The notes under the pieces are model-generated. The model ran no database searches, was not told where the DNA came from, and saw only the letters and a program-made list of their open reading frames with translations. A stretch of DNA of 64,000 nt from a bacterium (GTDB taxonomy: Bacteria > UBA8248). Shown piece by piece: positions 8,854-17,390 of this stretch; within the stretch, counting starts at the first letter, position 1, and the number at the start of each line of letters is the position of its first letter. The DNA lies in contig OZ253442.1 of the NCBI GenBank assembly GCA_965261085.1, forward strand, positions 2,688,001-2,752,000. Direction: 5' to 3'. Both the position numbers and the translations under genes were made by a program.

Positions 8854-10122
8854 CTATTGAGGCAGGTGCGACTCCCGCGCACCCTTGTACACGATGGGCA
8901 GGAGTGACGGGTCTGTGACACTGGAGTCCATGTGCAGATGTATCACGCTGCTGCCGGTACCGCAGTCCCCGAAGTCATCGCAGGTAATCGCGCCGATGAT
9001 GCCCTGGAAACCTGCGGTGCGACCCAATGCGTCACGGAGCGCCGCACGGTCGATGTACAGCGTCTCCCCGTCTACGACCGAAATCTGCTTGATAGCCGAG
9101 AGTAGCAGTGTCGTGGCGTCATAGCCGTGCGCCCAGTACGGGGACGTCGGAGGCCCTCCATAGGTGGCCTTGAATTCGGTTAGTACGTCCGCAGCGCTTT
9201 TGCCTGTCGCCTGGTTCGTGTTCCTGCTGTCTCCAAGATCAGGCCCCGTGAAATAGACGCCTTTCGATTCGGGCAACGCAAGAAACTTAGCCGCCAATGT
9301 GGCCGCGCCACTGATTTTCTTCACGCCTTTCAGGGCGCCGAGCCGGGCTGCCTGTCGAATCAAGGACGTTGCCTCCGCCGGGAAGAGCGGGATGAACACG
9401 CCATCGGGGGCGGCTTTCTCGAACCGGGCGAGAACGGCGGCCATGGCGGTCTGGCCTTTCGCCACCTGGGCGATGACCGGAACAGTTCCGCCATGCTTCC
9501 TGAAAGCAACGGCAAAAGCGTTCGAAATGGCGCTGGTATAGGGGTCACCGTCATGGATCGTCACCATTCTGCGCAATCCCAGTTCATCGTAGCTGAAATG
9601 CGCGACAATGCTTGCCTCGATGAGGTCGTTGTCCACAACACGGTAGTAACCCTTGTGGTAGTCGGGACCGGCATTTCCGGACAGGTCGGACGTGAGGACA
9701 GGCGACGTGTTGGAGGGCGATACCATCGATAGACCCGCCTTGCTGATGACGGGCGACGCCTCCACCGCTGCACCGGAGCACAACGTGCCGATGACGCCGA
9801 CGACCTGCGCGTCGGCAACGACGGCTTCAGCCGCCGCGCGTCCACCCTCGCCCGAGCACATCTCGTCGAGGGTTTCGATGGAGACCCGGCGCCCGTGTAT
9901 GGGACCGAAGTCCTTGACCGCAATCTCGATGGCGGTCTGAATGAGAGGGGACACGGACGGCACGACCGTAGCGGAAAGGAGCACGCGGATTTCGATCGGC
10001 TGACCCCGCTTGATCTCAACCGCACCGAGTGGCCCCGATTTGAAACCACTGCTGAAAGCGGCAGTCGAGAACACCATGAAAGCGAGCGCCAGGCCTTGTC
10101 CGATGAAAAATAATCTACGCAT
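8854..10122 (-). CDS. Branched-chain amino acid ABC-type periplasmic binding protein (LivK-like), with no neighbouring permease
   Basis: Signal peptide, VIGTLCSGA, SPSNTSPVLT, AHGYDAT, GIIGAITCD; ATG at 10122 after GAGGAG. Confidence 0.88.
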   Translation of the reverse strand: MRRLFFIGQGLALAFMVFSTAAFSSGFKSGPLGAVEIKRGQPIEIRVLLSATVVPSVSPLIQTAIEIAVKDFGPIHGRRVSIETLDEMCSGEGGRAAAEAVVADAQVVGVIGTLCSGAAVEASPVISKAGLSMVSPSNTSPVLTSDLSGNAGPDYHKGYYRVVDNDLIEASIVAHFSYDELGLRRMVTIHDGDPYTSAISNAFAVAFRKHGGTVPVIAQVAKGQTAMAAVLARFEKAAPDGVFIPLFPAEATSLIRQAARLGALKGVKKISGAATLAAKFLALPESKGVYFTGPDLGDSRNTNQATGKSAADVLTEFKATYGGPPTSPYWAHGYDATTLLLSAIKQISVVDGETLYIDRAALRDALGRTAGFQGIIGAITCDDFGDCGTGSSVIHLHMDSSVTDPSLLPIVYKGARESHLPQ

Positions 10123-10362
10123 TTCAACTCCTCGGTCGGGATTGATCCGCAAGGGGGATGCCTCGGCTCAATCGCAAGGGTCTCAGGATGGTGACGCCAT
10201 GGTAAGACGCAAGCCCCGCGACATCAAGGCCGGCATCTTCGGTGGGGAGTGCTCACCCTCACTCCGGCCCGGAGTCAATGCAGCGCGCGTTCCGGAGTCA
10301 CTCCCCACCTTGAGGATCGGGCTTCCCCTGTCCCTGAAACCGACTCCGCCCGCATGAATCCC

Positions 10363-10986
10363 CTACCCCCCGGCGAGCCAACTCTCGGCCGCTTCGCGCA
10401 CTTCGGCTTCCTTCCCGGTCTTGGCGATTACGATTCCCTCGGGGGGCTTCTGCCCGGTCCGCGCGTTTCGCCAGCAGTGGTAGCGGATGTTGAGAGGGTA
10501 TTGCTCGAGGTTCATATCCTCATAGAAGGAATCCGGAATTTCCCGGGGATTGTGGGCGTCCATGCGATCTTTCTCGTAAATGGCGGTCCGATTGGAAATC
10601 CGCCATCTGCCCTCTCTTTTTTCCACCTGATCGAGATAGCAACTCCACGTGTGAAAATCGAAGGCGTACCCGTCGAGAAGCCGTCGATTGTGGAGAATCA
10701 CGTCATACTCGATAATCGCGCGCTCTCCGTTCAGCCGCACACGGGGGTTCGCATTGACGTGTTTGGTGAACTCCTGCTTGTCGCGGGAAGCCATCATCTT
10801 CACAGAGCGTTCTATGAATTCATCCACCGGGCCGGAGTGCCAGCTCACCGTCACGCTTCCGTCCGGGTGGTAGCAGTCGCGAAGCGTCTTCCAGTCGCCC
10901 TTGTCCCGCGAGTAGCACGCTGCGGCGACCACTTCCTGGATTTCAAACTTATCGAGCATGTTTTGCAGTCTTTCGGAATCTGGCAT
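10363..10986 (-). CDS. SnoaL-like / NTF2-family protein
   Basis: DKFEIQEV..SRDKGDW..CYHPD, TKH, YLDQVEKREGRWRI pattern; ATG at 10986 after GGGAG. Confidence 0.8.
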   Translation of the reverse strand: MPDSERLQNMLDKFEIQEVVAAACYSRDKGDWKTLRDCYHPDGSVTVSWHSGPVDEFIERSVKMMASRDKQEFTKHVNANPRVRLNGERAIIEYDVILHNRRLLDGYAFDFHTWSCYLDQVEKREGRWRISNRTAIYEKDRMDAHNPREIPDSFYEDMNLEQYPLNIRYHCWRNARTGQKPPEGIVIAKTGKEAEVREAAESWLAGG

Positions 10987-11062
10987 GATGATTCTCCCTT
11001 TCTCGGTTGGTTTGCAGACAGGCGCTTTCGTATGTTCGAGGCGCGTCATAGAAAACGAACGC

Positions 11063-11101
11063 AAAACAACCCCTTGCCCGTACTACGGACAAGGGGCTGT
11101 T
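11063..11101 (-). terminator. Rho-independent terminator after the ABC binding protein gene
   Basis: Minus strand AACAGCCCCTTGTCCGTA..TACGGGCAAGGGGTTG followed by TTTT. Confidence 0.75.
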
Positions 11102-11119
11102 GCTGCCGCTTACATATCT

Positions 11120-12658
11120 CTATTTTTCCAGATACGCATTTCGCCAGTAAAGCCGCTCGCCGGGGTGAACGATCACACCTTTGAGCTTTTTGGATTTTCC
11201 GACCAGCATGACCTCTTGCTTGAAGAAGACCCAGGGCGGATTGTCGATCACCAATTTCGCCGCTTTCTTGTACATCGCCTTGCGCTTGACCGGGTCGATG
11301 ACCTGGCGCGCCTTGTCGACGATCTTCTCGAGTTCGGGGTTCTTATACCGGGTGTAGTTCCCCGAGCGGCCATGGGTGGCGGAGTGGAACTTGTTGTACA
11401 TGACCATGTCCGGGTCACCCGTGGATACGCCCCAGCCGTAGAGGAACATGGGCGCTTTGCCCTTCCGTACGGACGGGGCGACGAGGCCCCAGGAGCCTGT
11501 GCGGAGCCTGGCCTGAATTCCCACGTTCGCCAGTTGCGCCTGAATCGCTTCGGCTGCGACCTTATCGGCCGTGTACCTGCCTGTGGGATGCCAGAAATCG
11601 GTCTTGAACCCGTTGGGATACCCTGCCTTCTTCAACAACTCTTTGGCTTTTTCCGGGTTGTAGGAATAACCCATTTTTTCGAATTCGGGGTCATAGCCCC
11701 AGACGGTCGGGCCGAAGGGTCCCCGGATCGGCCGCCCCACTCCGAGCATCACCTTTTCGATGATGGTTTTCGTGTCGATGGCGTAGTTCATCGCCTGACG
11801 GACGATCTGGTTGTCGAATGGTTTATGCAGCATGCTCATTCCGATGAAGATCACCCGGAACAGGGGCGCCTTCACGAGGTCCAGCTTGGGGTCCTTGTCC
11901 ACCTCGCCGAGCTGCGCAGGGGGCAGGAACATGGCCAATTGGGCCTGGCCGGAGCGAAGCTGTAAGACCCGCGTCGTGGCTTCGGGAACCAGCCGGAATT
12001 CCAGAACGTCGATTTTGGGTTTTCCGTCCCAGTAATCGGGGTTGGCCCGGAAGCGGATGTATTCTCCCGCCACCCATTTCACAAAGATGAACGGGCCGGT
12101 ACCGACCGGATTGCGCCGGAAATTCTTCCCGTGTTTCTTGATTCCGGCGGGGCTGCCGATGGCGGCAAGCGGCGTACTCAGGTTCAACAAGACGGGGGCA
12201 AAGGGATACTTGAGCTCGATCTCGACCGTGTGATCATCGATCACGGTGATCTCCTTGATCATCGCGATCCATTTTCTCAGCCGGGCGCGCTTGTGGGTTC
12301 GCGTGCGGTCGAGGCTGAACTTCACGGCCGCGGCGTTGAAGGGCGTCCCGTCGTGAAACTTCACCCCCTTGCGGAGTTTGAACACGAGTGTGGTGGGGTT
12401 CTTGTAGGACCAGGAAGTGGCGAGCCGGCCTTCGATGCTGCCGTCCAGGCGGTGGTAGGTCAGCGAATCATACAAACTCGTCTGGACGTTCAAATCCGCC
12501 GATCCGGCCGGGTGAAGGGCATTGTCGAGACTCTTGGGCTCCGCTCCATGAATAAAGACGACCTTGGTTTCCGCCGACGAAAGGCCCCACGAAAGGGCTA
12601 TCGCCGCAAAAACCAGCATTCCAGTGAAGCATAACTTCTTCGAACTTCTGAACTGCAT
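11120..12658 (-). CDS. ABC transporter family-5 substrate-binding protein (GsiB/DppA-like)
   Basis: LRKGVKFHDGTPFNAAAVKFS, PVGTGPF, VRQAMNYAID; ATG at 12658 after AAGGAGG. Confidence 0.93.
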   Translation of the reverse strand: MQFRSSKKLCFTGMLVFAAIALSWGLSSAETKVVFIHGAEPKSLDNALHPAGSADLNVQTSLYDSLTYHRLDGSIEGRLATSWSYKNPTTLVFKLRKGVKFHDGTPFNAAAVKFSLDRTRTHKRARLRKWIAMIKEITVIDDHTVEIELKYPFAPVLLNLSTPLAAIGSPAGIKKHGKNFRRNPVGTGPFIFVKWVAGEYIRFRANPDYWDGKPKIDVLEFRLVPEATTRVLQLRSGQAQLAMFLPPAQLGEVDKDPKLDLVKAPLFRVIFIGMSMLHKPFDNQIVRQAMNYAIDTKTIIEKVMLGVGRPIRGPFGPTVWGYDPEFEKMGYSYNPEKAKELLKKAGYPNGFKTDFWHPTGRYTADKVAAEAIQAQLANVGIQARLRTGSWGLVAPSVRKGKAPMFLYGWGVSTGDPDMVMYNKFHSATHGRSGNYTRYKNPELEKIVDKARQVIDPVKRKAMYKKAAKLVIDNPPWVFFKQEVMLVGKSKKLKGVIVHPGERLYWRNAYLEK

Positions 12659-12964
12659 TGCCACACCCTCCTTAAATAGAAATATCAGAACGAAATTTCT
12701 GACATTTAACGGCCAGGACGATCCCGGTGCCGGAAACAAAATACGCGAATCGCTTGAATACAATACCGAAATGTTAATCGTATTTAGGAGAACCTGCAAC
12801 CAGACGGCGAATGGAAATTTCATCGCGCTCCCCCATCGCACCTACTCTATGGGGAAGGAATGCGGATATCTCCCCCGGGTGGATTTATTGGGAAGAGAAA
12901 CAACCCGAGGGATGATTTTCAGGCGCCGGAACAAGAGGCGAACCGTCATTCGGTTGAAGACCGC

Positions 12965-13984
12965 TCACCCGAGGTTGACTACTTCATGAGGCTTTCCCTC
13001 TCGGAAAAAACGGTGAATATGGCCGAGCGTGACCTGGGGGTCCACTCTCCAATAGTTGGATCCTCCGCCCGTATGGGGGAGCAGAACCACGTTGGGAAGC
13101 TCACGGAGTCGACTCGAGGCAGGCAGGGGTTCTTGCCGGTAGACGTCCAGGCCCGCCATGGCGATTTCTCCTCCTTCGAGGGCGCGTATCATCGCATCTT
13201 CGTCAATCAGGCCGCCACGCCCCACATTAACGACGGTGGCGGTCGATTTCATCCGCACCAACTGCTCGGGGCCGATGATTCCTTCCGTCTCCGGGGTGTG
13301 GGGGAGAACCAGGACGACATAGTCCGAGACTGCGAGCAAATCATCGAGTGGAAGGAATTCGATTCCCAGCCTTCGTTCGATTTCATCCGGATGGGGAGTC
13401 CGCTGGTGGTAGCAGACTTTCATTTCAAAGGCGCGGCACCGCCGGGCGATCTCTATCCCGATGTCGCCCAGGCCGACGATGCCTACAGTCTTTCCGAACA
13501 ACTCGCCCATCCCCTTGATTTTCGCCCAGTTTCCGCCGGTCTTCCACTGGGTCGTCGTAATGGGTTCTATCCCCTGCTCGAGATAGGCCGCCTCGCTCAC
13601 GGCGCGGTGGCCCGGTATCACCTGGCGCGCGCAGGCGAGCATCAGCGCCAGTGCGTGTTCGGCTACGGAGGCGTTTCTCTGAAGAGAACACGTAGCCACG
13701 GGAATCCCCAGCTCGGTCGCCGCCGCGACGTCGATGTTGCGGCAGTTCCGCCCATGTTTCTGGATCAGTTTGAGTCGGCCGGCGGCTCGTATGGCCGACC
13801 CGGGGAGTGGCGACTTGTAGCAAAGTATGGCCTCGGCTTCCGGGGCGCGGGCGCACAGCGCCTCCTCTCCTTCCTCTTCGGGCACGATGAACTCGAATCC
13901 TTCGGCGGCGTCGCATTGGCGCAATCGCTCGGCGAATCGGGGCGGGTCCACGTCGGTAAGCAACAGGCGAATCGGGTTGGCCAT
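12965..13984 (-). CDS. D-isomer-specific 2-hydroxyacid dehydrogenase
   Basis: GIVGLGDIG, NVGRGGLIDE, LDVYRQEP, LPHTGG (Arg/Glu/His triad). Confidence 0.92.
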   Translation of the reverse strand: MANPIRLLLTDVDPPRFAERLRQCDAAEGFEFIVPEEEGEEALCARAPEAEAILCYKSPLPGSAIRAAGRLKLIQKHGRNCRNIDVAAATELGIPVATCSLQRNASVAEHALALMLACARQVIPGHRAVSEAAYLEQGIEPITTTQWKTGGNWAKIKGMGELFGKTVGIVGLGDIGIEIARRCRAFEMKVCYHQRTPHPDEIERRLGIEFLPLDDLLAVSDYVVLVLPHTPETEGIIGPEQLVRMKSTATVVNVGRGGLIDEDAMIRALEGGEIAMAGLDVYRQEPLPASSRLRELPNVVLLPHTGGGSNYWRVDPQVTLGHIHRFFREGKPHEVVNLG

Positions 13985-14100
13985 GGGAATCTCCTGAGAT
14001 GACTGGTTCCTGATCGTTAATTCGACTTGAGTATGATAGAATCTGGCCTTAATATCTCATCCACGTTCCGCTATTTTCTCGCTAGAGATAGGATCCGTTA

Positions 14101-15033
14101 GTGGTTGAATTTATCACCAGGAGAGTGGTCCTGCTCATTCCCGTTCTCCTGGGAGTCTCCCTCGTCATCTTCCTCTCCATCCGCCTCGTTCCGGGAGACC
14201 CGGCCGAAGCTATGGCCGGAGAATTCGCGGACGAAGAGTATGTGGCGGAAATACGCCGCATATACGGGCTGGACAAGCCCCTGCACACCCAATACGTCAT
14301 GTTCATGGGACGAGCGCTACGCGGCGACCTGGGCCGTTCGATCCTCTCCGACAGGCCCGTACTGGGCGAAGTCTGGTCGCGTTTCCTGAACACGCTTCAA
14401 CTCGCTTTCTGGGCCATGCTTCTCGCCACCATTGTGGGGCTGGCGGCCGGGGTGTTTTCGGCCACACATCCCTATTCCAGGTTCGACTACGGGAGCATGG
14501 CGGGCGCGCTCCTGGGGATATCCATGCCTTCGTTCTGGTTCGGCCTCCTTATGATGGGGTTCTTTTCCGTATACCTCGGCTGGCTTCCGGCAGGAGGAAA
14601 GGGGACGACCGCGCACCTCATCATGCCGGTGGTCACGCTCGGCCTGACCGGGGCGGGGATAATCGCGCGCATGACGCGCAACACAATGCTCGAAATCACC
14701 GGCAGCGAATATATCACCACGGCGCGTTCGAAAGGTCTGGCAAGCGGGAAGGTTCACTACGTCCACGCCCTCAAAAACGCCATGTTGCCCATCATCACCG
14801 TCGTCGGCCTCCAATCGGGATACCTGCTGGGGGGGTCGGTGATTACCGAATCGGTGTTCGCATGGCCCGGCCTGGGCCGCTACATCGTCGAGGCCATCAA
14901 GCTGCGCGATTATGCCGCGGTGCAGGGCTCCCTGCTCTTTTTCGCACTCACGTTCGCTCTGGTGAACCTGACGGTCGATCTCCTCTACGCCGTGATCAAC
15001 CCGCGCGTCCGCTACGGAGGCTCAGGGGAATGA
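14101..15033 (+). CDS. Peptide/nickel ABC permease (DppB/GsiC-like)
   Basis: PGDPA, GLDKPL..QY, GDLGRS, YITTARSKGL, HALKNA. Confidence 0.93.
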   Translation: MVEFITRRVVLLIPVLLGVSLVIFLSIRLVPGDPAEAMAGEFADEEYVAEIRRIYGLDKPLHTQYVMFMGRALRGDLGRSILSDRPVLGEVWSRFLNTLQLAFWAMLLATIVGLAAGVFSATHPYSRFDYGSMAGALLGISMPSFWFGLLMMGFFSVYLGWLPAGGKGTTAHLIMPVVTLGLTGAGIIARMTRNTMLEITGSEYITTARSKGLASGKVHYVHALKNAMLPIITVVGLQSGYLLGGSVITESVFAWPGLGRYIVEAIKLRDYAAVQGSLLFFALTFALVNLTVDLLYAVINPRVRYGGSGE

Positions 15034-15926
15034 GCCAGGCCGTCAATACCGCACCCCTCGTCCCGGAAGTGGAAAGCGATCCGATTCGCGGCATGTGGAC
15101 CGATACCTTGCGCCGTCTCTTCCTGCACAAAGTTGCGGTGCTCGGGTGTGTTTTCGTCTTCTTGTTCATCGGCGTTTCCCTGTTGGCGCCCATTATTGCG
15201 CCTTATGACCCCATAAAAGTGAATTTTCAGGAGACGCTGAAAGACCCTTCCCTTGCCCATCTTTTCGGGACGGATCATTTCGGGCGAGACGTTCTGAGCC
15301 GCATCATCTACGGCGCCCGCACTTCACTGCTAATAGGCGTTTTCTCCGTCTTGATCGCGGCGTTCGGGGGCGTCCTGCTCGGCCTGGTCGGCGGGTATTT
15401 AGGAGGATGGATAGACAACCTCATCATGCGGGTGGTGGACGTCATGCTCACCTTCCCGCGCATTCTATTGTCCATTCTTCTCATCGCCATCATCGGAACG
15501 GGGATGGAAAACATCATGCTGGCGGTCGGGATTTTTGCGATCCCCACCTACGCCCGCCTGGTGCGCAGTTCGGTTCTCGTATTAAAGGAAACCGAATTCG
15601 TGGAAGCGGCCCAGGCCATGGGCGGCTCCAGCCGCCGCGTTCTGTTTTTTCACATCTTCCCGGGAACGCTCGGCCCCATCGTCGTCCAGTCCACGTTCCT
15701 GATCGCGACTTCCATTCGCGTAGCGGCCGGACTCAGCTTCCTGGGCATCGGGGTGCCACCCCCCACGCCTGAGTGGGGAACCATGCTCGCCGACGCCCGC
15801 TCCTACATGGCCCTGGCGCCGCATCTGCTCACCATTCCAGGTCTGGCCCTCATGGGGGTGGTGTTTTCCTTTAACCTGCTGGGAGATGGCCTTCGCGACG
15901 CGCTCGACCCCAAGCTGAGGAGATAG
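15030..15926 (+). CDS. Peptide/nickel ABC permease (DppC/GsiD-like)
   Basis: FGTDHFGRDVLSRIIYGARTSL, FVEAAQAMG, GDGLRDALDP; ATGA overlap with the upstream permease. Confidence 0.93.
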   Translation: MSQAVNTAPLVPEVESDPIRGMWTDTLRRLFLHKVAVLGCVFVFLFIGVSLLAPIIAPYDPIKVNFQETLKDPSLAHLFGTDHFGRDVLSRIIYGARTSLLIGVFSVLIAAFGGVLLGLVGGYLGGWIDNLIMRVVDVMLTFPRILLSILLIAIIGTGMENIMLAVGIFAIPTYARLVRSSVLVLKETEFVEAAQAMGGSSRRVLFFHIFPGTLGPIVVQSTFLIATSIRVAAGLSFLGIGVPPPTPEWGTMLADARSYMALAPHLLTIPGLALMGVVFSFNLLGDGLRDALDPKLRR

Positions 15927-15929
15927 CCC

Positions 15930-15970
15930 GGGCGGACATACAGGTGGCGGCCATGTATGCCCGACCCTAC
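15930..15970 (-). repeat. REP-like imperfect palindrome with a GTAG foot
   Basis: Minus strand GTAGGGTCGGGCATACA...TGTATGTCCGCCC just after the permease stop codon; single copy in window. Confidence 0.45.
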
Positions 15971-16145
15971 GGAAGTTTACCCATCCCGTCTCATCAAAGG
16001 CTACAAGAAATTTACTTACTCTCCCTTGCCGGCCATATGAAACGGCAGCCATGAGTCATTCCCTGCCTATGCCCGCCCGTATCAAAATGCTAGGATTTCC
16101 GGTCTATATTTCGCGCCATCACTTCGCCATGAAAGACACGAAACC

Positions 16146-17324
16146 TTGAAGAAATGGCAACTTCTCGCCCTGCTCACTACTGGACACGCCTGTGAACACT
16201 GGTTCCAGGGCGTTCTGGGCCCCGTCATTCCTTATCTGGCCGAAGATATGGGCCTCACGCTGACCCAGGTGGGACTTCTGTTTACGGGCAGAGCCATAAT
16301 GAGCGCTTTCAGCAGCGTGGGAACGGGCCTCGTCATCGATTCCTACGGCGGCGGGAAATGGCTGTTGGTGGGGTGCATGGCTTTCGTCGGGCTTTTTTAC
16401 GGCGCGGCGAGTTTTTCGGCGGGATTTCTCACGCTGGCCCCCATCATATGGCTGAGCGGATTGGCGACGCACAGTTGGCATCCACCCGCTATGGGCTTGC
16501 TGGGGATGCGCTTCAAGAACCGCAAGGGCTTCGCCCTGGGCGTGCATGGAACGGGCGCGAACATGGGACAAACCCTCGCCCCCATCATCGCGGGCTATCT
16601 GCTCCTGATAATGACGTGGCGGGGCGTATTGCTGGCGAACACGATTCCGCTGTTCGCCACGGCCATACTCCTGTTCGTTTGTCTGGAGCCTTTCCAAACC
16701 AGCGGAAAGCAAAAGCCCGGTTCCGCCATCACTTCCGGCAATTTCGTGGATGCCCTCATTAAAAACCCCGGGATGATCGGAGCCTGTGTTTTCTCGGGCG
16801 TGCGGACGCTGGCGCATAACGTCGTCTCGATTTTCCTGCCCATTTTGCTGGTGAGAAAGTACGGCGTGGGGCCGAGCACCTTAGGCCTTGCGCTGGGCGC
16901 ATATTCGGCCGCCTCCATATTTCCCGAAACGATCGTCGGCTATCTTTCCGACAAGATTTCCCGAAAGTTGATCCTCTTCGTCGGGATAGCCTCCGGCGGA
17001 ATCGCGATGTTCATGATTCCCCACGCGGGCACGGGAATTTTCCTCTATGTATGCATCGCATCGGTTGGTGTTTTCCTCATCTCCATGCGCTCGGCCATCT
17101 TCGCATACGGTTTTGAGGTCAGTCCGCCTGAACTGGCCGGCAGCGTCGTCGGCGTTATTTTTACGGCGAATCAGATTTTTGTTGGCCTGGGGTTGTTTTT
17201 TCTGGGTATACTGGCGGATACATATGGCCTGGAATTCGTTTTTGGCGCAATCGGCATCGCATGCATGGGAAGTCTGGTCGCTTTCTCATGGTTGCCCAGA
17301 ACAGAGGAGAATTCGGCGCTTTAA
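16146..17324 (+). CDS. MFS transporter (Fsr-like)
   Basis: About 12 TM helices, SWHPPA, GYLSDKISRK. Confidence 0.88.
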   Translation: MKKWQLLALLTTGHACEHWFQGVLGPVIPYLAEDMGLTLTQVGLLFTGRAIMSAFSSVGTGLVIDSYGGGKWLLVGCMAFVGLFYGAASFSAGFLTLAPIIWLSGLATHSWHPPAMGLLGMRFKNRKGFALGVHGTGANMGQTLAPIIAGYLLLIMTWRGVLLANTIPLFATAILLFVCLEPFQTSGKQKPGSAITSGNFVDALIKNPGMIGACVFSGVRTLAHNVVSIFLPILLVRKYGVGPSTLGLALGAYSAASIFPETIVGYLSDKISRKLILFVGIASGGIAMFMIPHAGTGIFLYVCIASVGVFLISMRSAIFAYGFEVSPPELAGSVVGVIFTANQIFVGLGLFFLGILADTYGLEFVFGAIGIACMGSLVAFSWLPRTEENSAL

Positions 17325-17390
17325 CAGGCGGCGGCGAATCCGGGAGATCCTATGCGCTAGTCCTTCATCGTTTGTGTGGGGGGATGTCAT

